Part shown: piece after piece, positions 21,371 through 29,619 of the stretch
Position numbering within the stretch: the first letter of the stretch is position 1
Layout of the letters: each line of letters begins with the position of its first letter
Assembly: GCA_017439805.1 (NCBI GenBank)
Contig: JAFSIK010000003.1
Span: 8,258 to 72,257, forward strand
From: Oscillospiraceae bacterium
Lineage (GTDB): Bacteria > Bacillota > Clostridia > Oscillospirales > Oscillospiraceae
Reading direction: 5' to 3'
Length of the DNA: 64,000 bases
The notes under the pieces: model-generated
Database searches by the model: none
Told to the model about the DNA's origin: nothing
What the model saw: the letters and a program-made list of their open reading frames with translations, nothing else
Made by a program: the position numbers and the translations under genes

Positions 21371-21487
21371 ATGAATAAGCGTTACGATGTCCATTATGAG
21401 TTCTCCTTTATTAAGACCCGTCTGTATGCGGGTCTCTATTGCCGTGCTTCTATAGCTCCTGCAGCTGAACCGCCTGTAGGATTATAG
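21371..21487 (+). CDS. 38-codon leader ORF (MNKRYDVHYEFSFIKTRLYAGLYCRASIAPAAEPPVGL), candidate leader peptide
   Basis: ATG is 7 nt after GGAG (AAGAAAGGAGAAACATTATG). It lies between the promoter and an intrinsic terminator. It has 4 Tyr, 2 Phe and 1 His codons. Third-position GC is much lower than in neighbouring genes, so stable protein coding is doubtful. Confidence 0.35.
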   Translation: MNKRYDVHYEFSFIKTRLYAGLYCRASIAPAAEPPVGL

Positions 21488-21521
21488 GGCGTTTTTTGGC
21501 GTATTTTTGTGTTGTATAGAG

Positions 21522-21556
21522 AGCGGTTCTGCCTAAAGGCAGGACCGCTTTTTATT
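21522..21556 (+). terminator. intrinsic terminator / attenuator upstream of the ABC substrate-binding gene
   Basis: AGCGGTTCTGCC-TAAA-GGCAGGACCGCT hairpin followed by TTTTTATTT, 40 nt upstream of the SBP start codon. Confidence 0.7.
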
Positions 21557-21596
21557 TGAAAAACAAAGCAAACAAATGTGAAAGGAAGAACCCAAA

Positions 21597-22685
21597 ATGA
21601 AGAAAACACTTACACTCGTACTCGTACTTGTGATGGTATTAGCACTTGCCGCCTGCGGCACCACAACCACTACTCCTCCTGCAGATCCCGGCACTGCTGC
21701 TCCTCCCGCCGACGCCGGCACCACCACTCCTCCTGCAGATCCCGGCACTGCCGCTCCTCCCGCCGACGCCGGCACCGCCGCTCCTCCCGCCGATTCCGCT
21801 GAGCCTGCACAGTCCTGGGTTGTCGGTATCTGCCAGCAGATGACCCACGTTGCCCTTGATGCCGCCACTCAGGGCTTCAAGGATGCTCTTACCGAAGAAC
21901 TGGGCGATGCCGTGACCTACAAGGTACAGGACGCCGGCGGTGAATACACCAACTGCGGCACCATCATGGACGGCTTTGTTGCTGAAAACGTTGACCTTAT
22001 CCTGGCCAATGCAACCTATCCTCTCCAGGCCGCAGCCTCCGCCACCAGCGATATTCCCATTCTGGGAACTTCCATTACCGACTACGCCACTGCGCTGACC
22101 ATCGAAGACTGGACCGGCACCGTTGGCGGAAACATCTCCGGCACCTCCGACCTGGCTCCTCTGGATCAGCAGGCTGCCATGATTTTGGAACTGTTCCCCG
22201 ATACCAAGACCGTTGGTCTGCTCTACTGCTCCGGCGAGCCTAACTCCGTTTACCAGATTACCGTTGTTGAAGGCTATCTCAACGATATGGGTGTTACCTG
22301 CGAGCGTTTTGCTTTCACCGACGTAAATGACCTTGCCGCCGTTACCCAGGCTGCCTGTGACAGCGCTGACGTTCTGTACGTTCCCACCGACAATACTGCC
22401 GCCACCTATTCCGACACCATCGGCAACGTAGCCGTTCCCGCCAATACCCCCATCATCTGCGGTGAATCCGGCACCTGCACCGGCTGCGGCGTTGCAACTC
22501 TTTCCATCGACTACTACGACCTTGGCTACACCACCGGCAAGATGGCGGCTCAGGTTCTCACCGGCGAGGCTGACATTTCCACCATGCCCGTTCAGTTCGC
22601 TCCCGAAGTCACCAAGATGTACAATGCGTCCATCTGCGAGGCTCTCGGTCTGACCATGCCTGAAGATTACGTAGCTATCGGCTGA
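21597..22685 (+). CDS. ABC transporter substrate-binding lipoprotein (ABC_sub_bind / TrpX-like family)
   Basis: Lipobox LALAAC. A Pro/Ala/Thr-rich tether is followed by VVGICQQMTHVALDAATQGFKDAL ... VDLILANATYPLQAAA, typical of the PF04392-type family annotated as putative Trp/Tyr uptake systems. Confidence 0.8.
   Translation: MKKTLTLVLVLVMVLALAACGTTTTTPPADPGTAAPPADAGTTTPPADPGTAAPPADAGTAAPPADSAEPAQSWVVGICQQMTHVALDAATQGFKDALTEELGDAVTYKVQDAGGEYTNCGTIMDGFVAENVDLILANATYPLQAAASATSDIPILGTSITDYATALTIEDWTGTVGGNISGTSDLAPLDQQAAMILELFPDTKTVGLLYCSGEPNSVYQITVVEGYLNDMGVTCERFAFTDVNDLAAVTQAACDSADVLYVPTDNTAATYSDTIGNVAVPANTPIICGESGTCTGCGVATLSIDYYDLGYTTGKMAAQVLTGEADISTMPVQFAPEVTKMYNASICEALGLTMPEDYVAIG
21672..21794 (+). 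repeat. in-frame tandem repeat (2 x 54 nt plus a partial copy) encoding the (TPPADPGTAAPPADAGTT) linker
   Basis: 21672..21725 and 21726..21779 are near-identical. A further GCTCCTCCCGCCGA copy follows. Confidence 0.85.
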
Positions 22686-22770
22686 TAAAAACCGAACCGG
22701 TGGGAAGCCTTTGCTTCCCGCCGGCTGACCCTGTTATCGGAAAAATATCTCATTCATTCGGAGGAAACAA

Positions 22771-23709
22771 ATGGACGGTTTGCTTGCATTCATAAACTCT
22801 CTGCCCGGTGCTTTCGGACAGGGTTTTGCCTGGGGCATAATGGCCATCGGCGTGTATATAACCTACCGCATTCTTGATATTGCCGACCTGACCGTTGACG
22901 GCTCGCTGGCCACCGGCGGTGCGGTTTGTGCCGTGTGCATAACAATGGGCTGGAATCCCTGGCTGGCTCTTTTGATGGCTGTTGTGGCGGGACTTCTGGC
23001 GGGTCTTATAACAGGCCTTCTTCACACCGCCTGCGGCATACCCGCGATTCTGGCCGGTATACTTACCCAGCTTGCCCTTTATTCCATAAACCTGCGTATT
23101 ATGGCAATAGGCTCCGAATCCACCACAAAAGCAACCCTGGCTCTCAGTGTGGACAAGCAGAACCTAATTCTCTCCTCCCGTTACGTAAGAGAGCTGGGGC
23201 TAAACAACCCTCTCATAGTGCTTGTTATCGCGGTTATTGTGGTAATTGCTGTTCTGTACTGGTTCTTCGGACGTGAGATTGGTTGCTCCCTGCGTGCAAC
23301 CGGTGCCAATGTAAACATGGCCCGTGCACAGGGCATAAATACAAATTTCAGCAAGGTGCTGGCGCTTGTCATTTCCAACGGACTTGTGGCTCTTTCCGGC
23401 GCTCTTCTTGCCCAGTATCAGGGCAGCGCCACCGTTGACATGGGCCGCGGAGCCATTGTCATAGGCCTTGCCGCCGTTATCATCGGTGAAGTTCTCTTCA
23501 GCAAGGTGTTCCTCAACTTCGCGCTGAAGCTCCTTTCTGCGGTAATCGGCGCCATTATCTACTACATCGTTATCACTCTGGTTCTGCGTCTGGGCCTTGA
23601 AGCCACCGACCTTAAACTGCTTACCGCTGTGGTCGTTGCAATCTTCCTTGCCATACCCCACATCAAAAATCAATATTTCGGCAAACGGGGAGGTAAGCAT
23701 CATGCTTGA
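22771..23709 (+). CDS. ABC transporter permease (same TrpY-like uptake family)
   Basis: 312 aa with about 8-9 hydrophobic helices. It lies directly between the cognate SBP and ATPase genes. Confidence 0.8.
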   Translation: MDGLLAFINSLPGAFGQGFAWGIMAIGVYITYRILDIADLTVDGSLATGGAVCAVCITMGWNPWLALLMAVVAGLLAGLITGLLHTACGIPAILAGILTQLALYSINLRIMAIGSESTTKATLALSVDKQNLILSSRYVRELGLNNPLIVLVIAVIVVIAVLYWFFGREIGCSLRATGANVNMARAQGINTNFSKVLALVISNGLVALSGALLAQYQGSATVDMGRGAIVIGLAAVIIGEVLFSKVFLNFALKLLSAVIGAIIYYIVITLVLRLGLEATDLKLLTAVVVAIFLAIPHIKNQYFGKRGGKHHA

Positions 23710-24496
23710 CGTAAAAAATATCTGTAAAACTTTCAATGCAGGAACGGTAAACGAGAAGCGTGCCCTGAACGGTGTTTCCGTGCATATAAACGACGGTGAG
23801 TCTATAGCGGTGATCGGCGGCAATGGTGCCGGTAAATCCACACTCCTTAACGCAGTGGCAGGTGTCTGGACAGTTGATGAAGGTACCATTTCCATTGGCG
23901 GCGTGGACGTTACCCACCTGCCGGAACACAAGCGCGCCGCATATATCGGTCGCGTGTTTCAGGACCCTATGATGGGTACCGCCGCCACCATGCAGATAGA
24001 GGAAAATCTGGCTCTGGCAGCCCGCAGAGGCAAAAAAAGAGGCTTCCGTGCGGGCATAACCAAGGCTGAACGGGAGGAATACCGGGAACTGCTTCGCACC
24101 CTTGATCTTGGCCTTGAAAACCGTATGACCTCTAAAGTAGGTCTCCTTTCCGGCGGACAGCGTCAGGCTCTTACTCTGCTTATGGCAACCCTGCAAAAGC
24201 CCAAACTGCTGCTTCTGGACGAGCACACAGCCGCCCTTGACCCAAAAACTGCGGCAAAAGTTATGGAGACCACCCGCACTCTGGTAAACCGCGACAGACT
24301 TACAACCCTTATGATAACCCACAATATGAAAGACGCCATTGAATACGGCGACAGGCTTATTATGATGAACGAGGGCAAAATCGTTCTGGACATAGCCGGC
24401 GAAGAAAAGCAGAAACTAACCGTAGAGGATCTTCTGGCCCGTTTCTCTGTGGCGTCCGGCGGCGCGATGCTGTCAGACAAAGCCATCCTTTCATAA
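23702..24496 (+). CDS. ABC transporter ATP-binding protein
   Basis: The internal ATG at 23702 overlaps the permease stop. Walker A GGNGAGKST, signature LSGGQRQ, Walker B LLLLDEHTAALD. Confidence 0.88.
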   Translation: MLDVKNICKTFNAGTVNEKRALNGVSVHINDGESIAVIGGNGAGKSTLLNAVAGVWTVDEGTISIGGVDVTHLPEHKRAAYIGRVFQDPMMGTAATMQIEENLALAARRGKKRGFRAGITKAEREEYRELLRTLDLGLENRMTSKVGLLSGGQRQALTLLMATLQKPKLLLLDEHTAALDPKTAAKVMETTRTLVNRDRLTTLMITHNMKDAIEYGDRLIMMNEGKIVLDIAGEEKQKLTVEDLLARFSVASGGAMLSDKAILS

Positions 24497-24506
24497 CACA
24501 TACGAA

Positions 24507-24538
24507 ATCCCCCGAAGGAAACTTCGGGGGATTTTTTG
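24507..24538 (+). terminator. intrinsic terminator of the ABC cassette
   Basis: ATCCCCCGAAG-GAAA-CTTCGGGGGAT followed by TTTTTT. Confidence 0.8.
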
Positions 24539-24539
24539 T

Positions 24540-24568
24540 TCATATACGCTGGCTCCCAAACATAAATT
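24540..24568 (+). promoter_or_regulatory. candidate sigma-E-type sporulation promoter for spoIIIAC-AH
   Basis: TCATATA (24540..24546), 14-nt spacer, CATAAATT (24561..24568), compared with the B. subtilis sigma-E consensus ZHATAxx-N14-CATACAHT. It lies 33 nt upstream of the spoIIIAC ATG. Confidence 0.4.
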
Positions 24569-24601
24569 TGGACAAGACCACAAAAGACGGAGGGGAGTCA
24601 A

Positions 24602-24796
24602 ATGGAAGTTGACCTTATCTTTAAAATCGCGGCTATCGGCATACTGGTGGCGGTTTTGAATCTGCTGCTGGTACGAAGCGGCAGGGAAGAGCAGGCGATG
24701 TTGACCACACTGGCGGGTCTTATAGTGGTGCTGGTGATGCTTTTGCAGGAGATAAGCAATCTCTTTGACCTTGTAAAGCGGCTTTTTGATTTCTGA
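24602..24796 (+). CDS. spoIIIAC: stage III sporulation protein AC
   Basis: 64 aa, two TM helices, IFKIAAIGILVAVLNLLL...GREEQA pattern. RBS GGAGGGGAG. Confidence 0.88.
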   Translation: MEVDLIFKIAAIGILVAVLNLLLVRSGREEQAMLTTLAGLIVVLVMLLQEISNLFDLVKRLFDF

Positions 24797-25182
24797 TGGA
24801 TAGCATATTTTCCGTATCAGCTCTGGCGGTAACCGCCGCGCTGATGGCCCTGCTGGTAAAAAAGCACGAAAAATCTATGGGGCTTCTTATTTCCATAGCC
24901 GCGGCGATGATAATTTTTTTGCTCTGCGCGGACATGCTGAAAACCGCCGTGGACTTTATGGGGGAACTTTCAAGCCTTGCCGGAATGTCCCGTGAGATAC
25001 TGTCGCCGGTGCTGAAAACCGTGGGAATCGGGATTGTGACAAAACTCTGCTCGCAGGTCTGCCGTGACGCGGGGGAGGGGGCGATAGCCACTCTGACCGA
25101 ATTTGCCGGAGCAGCCGGTGCAATAGCGGTGGCGATACCTCTTATGCGAGCGGTGGTTGATATGGTGAGGGACATACTGTGA
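24796..25182 (+). CDS. spoIIIAD: stage III sporulation protein AD
   Basis: 128-aa membrane protein in the conserved position. Contains KTVGIGIVTKLCSQVCRDAGE. Confidence 0.85.
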   Translation: MDSIFSVSALAVTAALMALLVKKHEKSMGLLISIAAAMIIFLLCADMLKTAVDFMGELSSLAGMSREILSPVLKTVGIGIVTKLCSQVCRDAGEGAIATLTEFAGAAGAIAVAIPLMRAVVDMVRDIL

Positions 25183-26255
25183 AGATATTTAAAATTATGC
25201 TGTGCGCCTTTTTTGCGCTGACCTTCTGCACAGTCACCGCCGGCGCCGACCTTGAAAAACAGGCGGGGCAGCTGAAAAATGCTCTGCCCAATGAGACCCG
25301 ACATATTATGCAGGAAATTGAGCCCACTGGGGCAGACCTGCAATCGGGGCTGAAAACTGTGGTACAGGACGCCGCTGAAAATATCGGAAACCATATAAAA
25401 AGCGGTGCAAAGACCGCTGTGCTGCTTCTTGCTGTTGTGATTCTGGGCGGCGTGGGAGGAAGCATATCTCCGGAGGGCAATACTGCGGCTGTAAATCTGG
25501 CGGTGGTGTTGTCGGCGGCGCTCATATCCGTGTCGGAAACCGGCTCAATGATAGCCACTGCCACCGATACCATTGAAAATATGACGGATTTTTCACGCAT
25601 AATGCTGCCGGTGCTGGGGTCTTCGGCGGCGGCAGCGGGAAAACCGGCCTCTGCTGCGGTACTGTACGCCGCCACCATGGCCTTTTCCCAGCTTCTCATG
25701 ACCGTCATAAAAAACTACGCACTTCCGCTGACCTACGCCTACATAGCCTGCTGTGTTGCAAACGCGGCAATTGGAGGGAAAGTTCTTGGGCGCATGGCCA
25801 AACTCATAAAACAGGCCATAACCATATCCCTTACGGTTTTGATTTTTATTTACATTGGCTATCTTTCCATCTCCGGCGCTGTCAGCGGTTCTGCGGATGC
25901 TGTGTCTGTAAAGGCGGCAAAGCTGACCATATCCACCCTTGTGCCGGTGTTGGGAGGAATAATCTCCGACGCGGCGGAAACCGTGGTTGCGGGAGCTGGA
26001 ATACTGAAAAACTCCGTGGGTGTGTTCGGACTTCTGGCGGTTCTGGCAATGTGCCTTGGGCCTTTTATCGGACTGGGAATAAAATACCTCGTCTACAAAC
26101 TCACCGCTGCGATTTGCGGCGCTGTGGCCGATGACCGGGTGGTTGCTCTTATAGACAGCATTTCCGGAGCCTTTGCAATGATAATTGGTATGGTTGGCGC
26201 CACGGCGCTGATGCTGTTTGTGTCCATAATCAGCGGCATAAGGATGGTGGCCTGA
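25179..26255 (+). CDS. spoIIIAE: stage III sporulation protein AE
   Basis: 358 aa with a signal peptide plus a polytopic membrane domain. Conserved position in the operon. Confidence 0.85.
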   Translation: MKIFKIMLCAFFALTFCTVTAGADLEKQAGQLKNALPNETRHIMQEIEPTGADLQSGLKTVVQDAAENIGNHIKSGAKTAVLLLAVVILGGVGGSISPEGNTAAVNLAVVLSAALISVSETGSMIATATDTIENMTDFSRIMLPVLGSSAAAAGKPASAAVLYAATMAFSQLLMTVIKNYALPLTYAYIACCVANAAIGGKVLGRMAKLIKQAITISLTVLIFIYIGYLSISGAVSGSADAVSVKAAKLTISTLVPVLGGIISDAAETVVAGAGILKNSVGVFGLLAVLAMCLGPFIGLGIKYLVYKLTAAICGAVADDRVVALIDSISGAFAMIIGMVGATALMLFVSIISGIRMVA

Positions 26256-26722
26256 TGGCGGAGTTTTTAAGAAACTGGATAATCACAGTAACCGCAGCGG
26301 CAACCCTTGCCGCCATTGCTACGGCGCTGATACCTGAGGGTAATGTAAAAAAAGCGTCCTCGCTGGTTTTGGGACTTGTGCTGATGCTGGCGGTAATCAG
26401 TCCTGTAAAAAGGCTGACCGGAGAGGATGTGGGCCGTCTGACGGAAGAATTTATGGTGGAAATGGAAGAAAGCGCGGCCTTTAATTTTGCCGGTGAAGAA
26501 ATGATGACGGAAATCATAGAGCAGGAACTTAGGACATATATATTGGACAAAGCGGACAGCCTTGGAGCCGATATACGTGTTCAGGGATTTGAATTTCAGA
26601 CCCTTGAGGGCGGTGTTTCGGTGCCGGTGAAAGTTTATCTGAGCGGTCAGCTTACGCCTGCGCTGTCTGCCGTAATTGAGCAGGACCTGGGCATTGGAAA
26701 GGACAGCCAGATATGCAGCTGA
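26255..26722 (+). CDS. spoIIIAF: stage III sporulation protein AF
   Basis: 155 aa. LRNWIITVTAAATLAAIATALIP start and two N-terminal TM helices. Confidence 0.8.
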   Translation: MAEFLRNWIITVTAAATLAAIATALIPEGNVKKASSLVLGLVLMLAVISPVKRLTGEDVGRLTEEFMVEMEESAAFNFAGEEMMTEIIEQELRTYILDKADSLGADIRVQGFEFQTLEGGVSVPVKVYLSGQLTPALSAVIEQDLGIGKDSQICS

Positions 26723-27240
26723 AGAATGTTTTTGAAAAGGTAAAAGCGCCGGATTTTTTAAAAAAATATAAATACCTGCTGATTGCCGTGCTGGCGGGGG
26801 TCATACTGCTGTGCCTGCCCACAGGCGAAAAGTCTGACCGCCATACCACCGCAGCCAAGGAGGTGGCCACATATGATTTGGAGGAAACAGAGCGAAAACT
26901 GGAAAACGCCATATCCAAAATTGACGGGGCAGGGAAGGCGACGGTGATACTTACCCTTAAAAGCGACTGGGAGAGCGTGGTGGCCTCCGATACACAGGCG
27001 GAGTATTCCCGGGGAGAGGAAACCAATGAGAGCCTGAACGTCACTACCGTGGTGATAAACGGAGAAAACGGCGAAGAGGTAGTTGTACTTGAAAAAATAT
27101 ATCCCAAATATCAGGGGGCACTGGTCATATGCCAGGGCGGAGACGACCTGTGGGTAAAGAGCGAGGTTTTAAACGCGGTGTCAAGGCTCACGGGCCTTGG
27201 CACGGACAAAATAACGGTAACCAAAATGAAACGAGATTAG
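26713..27240 (+). CDS. spoIIIAG: stage III sporulation protein AG
   Basis: 175 aa with a single TM helix. The C-terminal ring-building region has YPKYQGALVICQGG and LTGLGTDKITV. Confidence 0.82.
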   Translation: MQLKNVFEKVKAPDFLKKYKYLLIAVLAGVILLCLPTGEKSDRHTTAAKEVATYDLEETERKLENAISKIDGAGKATVILTLKSDWESVVASDTQAEYSRGEETNESLNVTTVVINGENGEEVVVLEKIYPKYQGALVICQGGDDLWVKSEVLNAVSRLTGLGTDKITVTKMKRD

Positions 27241-27253
27241 GGAGGACGAAGTT

Positions 27254-27787
27254 ATGAAAGCGTGGAAGAGGAATGCGGTTTTGCTGACGGTGCTGGTTTT
27301 TGTGTGCGCGGCGGTGTATCTTAACTGGTCGGCCGAGCGAAACGATGCAGCAGCGGCGGACGAAGCCATGGACCAGCAGATGCAGGAGGCACTTGCCGAG
27401 CAGGAGAGTGAAGCTGCTGCCGAACAGGAGGCGGTGGTTGTAAATGCAGAATATTTTGCTCAGGCCCGCCTTGACAAGCAGGAGAGCCGCGACGCAGCCC
27501 TGAGCCTTCTTGCGGAGGCCTCCGCCATGGATACCGACACTGCCGACACGGCGGCGCGCATGGAGGAAATAGCAAACCGCACCCTTCAGGAGAGCAATAT
27601 CGAGACCCTCATTATTGCAAAAGGTTTCGCCGACTGCGTGGCCACCATCAGCGAAAACGGGATAAACATAATGGTGCCCGCAGGGGAGACGGGGCTTCAG
27701 AGCGACCAGGTAGCCAAAATCTCAGACATCGTGGTCAGCGAGACCGGCTGCGGCCTTGAGGACATCGTTGTAATTGAAATCAAGTGA
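27254..27787 (+). CDS. spoIIIAH: stage III sporulation protein AH (SpoIIIAH-like)
   Basis: 177 aa with an N-terminal TM helix, YFAQARLDKQESRD, and a YscJ/FliF-like C-terminal part. It is the last gene of the spoIIIA set. Confidence 0.8.
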   Translation: MKAWKRNAVLLTVLVFVCAAVYLNWSAERNDAAAADEAMDQQMQEALAEQESEAAAEQEAVVVNAEYFAQARLDKQESRDAALSLLAEASAMDTDTADTAARMEEIANRTLQESNIETLIIAKGFADCVATISENGINIMVPAGETGLQSDQVAKISDIVVSETGCGLEDIVVIEIK

Positions 27788-27790
27788 AGG

Positions 27791-27819
27791 TTGTAAAGCA
27801 TTTCGGAGTGTGGTATAAT
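27791..27819 (+). promoter_or_regulatory. putative sigma-A promoter (extended -10) for asp23
   Basis: TTGTAA, 17-nt spacer, TATAAT, preceded by TGg. Confidence 0.5.
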
Positions 27820-27887
27820 ATATGAGATCAATCAGAAACAATCGCCGCCGTCGCGGCCCGTATAACCACACTAAGGAGGCAAAAACC

Positions 27888-28250
27888 ATGGCCGACACCA
27901 AGGGTTACATCGTAAAAACAATGGACACCGGATCCATCAATATTTCCGAGGAAGTTATCATTACTCTCGCCGCTGCGGCTGCCGCCGAAGTTGAGGGTGT
28001 TAAGGAACCTGCTGTGGGCGATGACAACAAGGTACGCAAAAATCTTTCCCGCTACGTCAAGGCCGATTGCTCCCCCGACGGAATCAAAATAGACATCAGC
28101 ATTACCCTGGCCTATGGCTGCCAGCTGAAAACCGTTTCCGCCGCAGTTCAGGAAAACATCGAAAATAAAATAACCACCGTTACCGGCATTGCGGTAAAAT
28201 CCGTAAACGTAAACGTTGTTGGCGTGGCATTTGAAAAGGAAAAGAAATAA
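27888..28250 (+). CDS. Asp23/Gls24 family envelope stress protein
   Basis: ATG at 27888 follows AAGGAGG. GSINISEEVIITLAAAAAAEVEGV and VNVNVVGV are typical of Asp23. Confidence 0.85.
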   Translation: MADTKGYIVKTMDTGSINISEEVIITLAAAAAAEVEGVKEPAVGDDNKVRKNLSRYVKADCSPDGIKIDISITLAYGCQLKTVSAAVQENIENKITTVTGIAVKSVNVNVVGVAFEKEKK

Positions 28251-28260
28251 GAAGAAAATT

Positions 28261-28291
28261 AAACCCCCGACTTTTGTCGGGGGTTTCTTTT
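28261..28291. terminator. bidirectional terminator (asp23 / obg)
   Basis: AAACCCCCGAC-TTTT-GTCGGGGGTTT followed by a T-run. Confidence 0.8.
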
Positions 28292-29563
28292 TTAGTGCAG
28301 ATATTCAAATTCCAGATTATAGATGCTGACGGTGTCGCCATCCTTAATGCCCATCTCTTCAAGACGCTTGAAAATACCGCTTTCGCGAAGCTGCTTGTCG
28401 AAATGCATAAGAGATTCGTGGTCTCCGAAGTTGGTGCTTGCCACAAGATGCTCCAGCCAGCCACCGGAGAGAATGTAAGTGTCGTCATCAACCTCAATGC
28501 GAACGTCCTCCGCCTTGCCGCCGGTGGGCAGGGGAGCAACGTAATCGGCCTCGTAAACGGTAATGGGAGGAAGTTTTGTGAGCTTTTCGTAAATCTTCAT
28601 AATGAGCGCACGGACATTATCGCCGGTGGCGGCGGAAATTTCCATATACTCATAACCCATATCCTCCGCCAGCGCTTTCAGCGCATCTGGGGCCTCGCGG
28701 TCATAGGCTATGTCGCCCTTGTTGCCTACAACGATCTGGGGACGCGTGGACAGCTCCCTGGAATATCCTGCAAGCTCTGCGTTGATGGCTTTGAAATCCT
28801 CAACGGGATCGCGGCCCTCACAGCCGGAAACGTCCACCATATGCACCAGCAGGCGGCAGCGGTCAATGTGACGCAGGAAATCGTGACCCAGGCCTGCGCC
28901 TTCGCTGGCGCCTTCGATAATGCCGGGAATGTCCGCCATTACGAAGGAAGCGCCCTCCTGAGCGTAAACAACGCCCAGATTGGGGAACAGGGTGGTGAAG
29001 TGATAGTTGGCGATTTTGGGACGGGCGTTGCTGGCGGCGGCCAGCAGGGTGGACTTGCCCACGTTGGGGAAGCCGACCAGACCCACGTCGGCCAGAAGTT
29101 TAAGCTCCAGAATTACCTGGCGGCTCTCACCGGGCAGACCGGGTTTTGCAAATCTGGGTACCTGACGGGTGGGGGTGGCAAAATGCTTGTTGCCCCAGCC
29201 GCCTCTGCCGCCCTTTGCCAGAACGAAGGGTTCGCCGTCGGACATATCCTTGATTATGGTGCCGGTCTCGGGATCGCGTACCACGGTGCCCACGGGAACC
29301 TTGATTATCAGATCCTGACCGTCCTTGCCGAAAAAGCGCTTGCTTGCGCCGTTGGCTCCGTCGCCGGCCTGATATTTTCTTTTGTAGCGGAAGTCCATAA
29401 GAGTGGACATATTGTTATCGGTGCGAAGGATAATATCTCCGCCGCGACCGCCGTCACCGCCGTCGGGACCGCCGGCGGCCACATACTTTTCACGGTGGAA
29501 GGATACGCAGCCGTCGCCGCCCTTGCCGGCCTTGACGGTAATGGTAGCTTTATCAACAAACAT
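28292..29563 (-). CDS. obg: GTPase ObgE/CgtA
   Basis: MFVDKATITVKAGKGGDG start, G-domain GFPNVGKST, and a C-terminal OCT (TIGR03595-like) domain. Confidence 0.93.
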   Translation of the reverse strand: MFVDKATITVKAGKGGDGCVSFHREKYVAAGGPDGGDGGRGGDIILRTDNNMSTLMDFRYKRKYQAGDGANGASKRFFGKDGQDLIIKVPVGTVVRDPETGTIIKDMSDGEPFVLAKGGRGGWGNKHFATPTRQVPRFAKPGLPGESRQVILELKLLADVGLVGFPNVGKSTLLAAASNARPKIANYHFTTLFPNLGVVYAQEGASFVMADIPGIIEGASEGAGLGHDFLRHIDRCRLLVHMVDVSGCEGRDPVEDFKAINAELAGYSRELSTRPQIVVGNKGDIAYDREAPDALKALAEDMGYEYMEISAATGDNVRALIMKIYEKLTKLPPITVYEADYVAPLPTGGKAEDVRIEVDDDTYILSGGWLEHLVASTNFGDHESLMHFDKQLRESGIFKRLEEMGIKDGDTVSIYNLEFEYLH

Positions 29564-29619
29564 TTCAGTACCTCACAAAAAATCGGGCGCATCAAAAATG
29601 CGCCCGACCTGTTTTCGGA

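Noticed and set aside
21203-24540. The ABC importer cassette inside spoIIIA considered as a mobile element or genomic island.
   Set aside because: There is no integrase, transposase or recombinase, no flanking direct or inverted repeats, and no tRNA target. Base composition and codon style look like those of the neighbouring genes. It is better treated as a fixed rearrangement.
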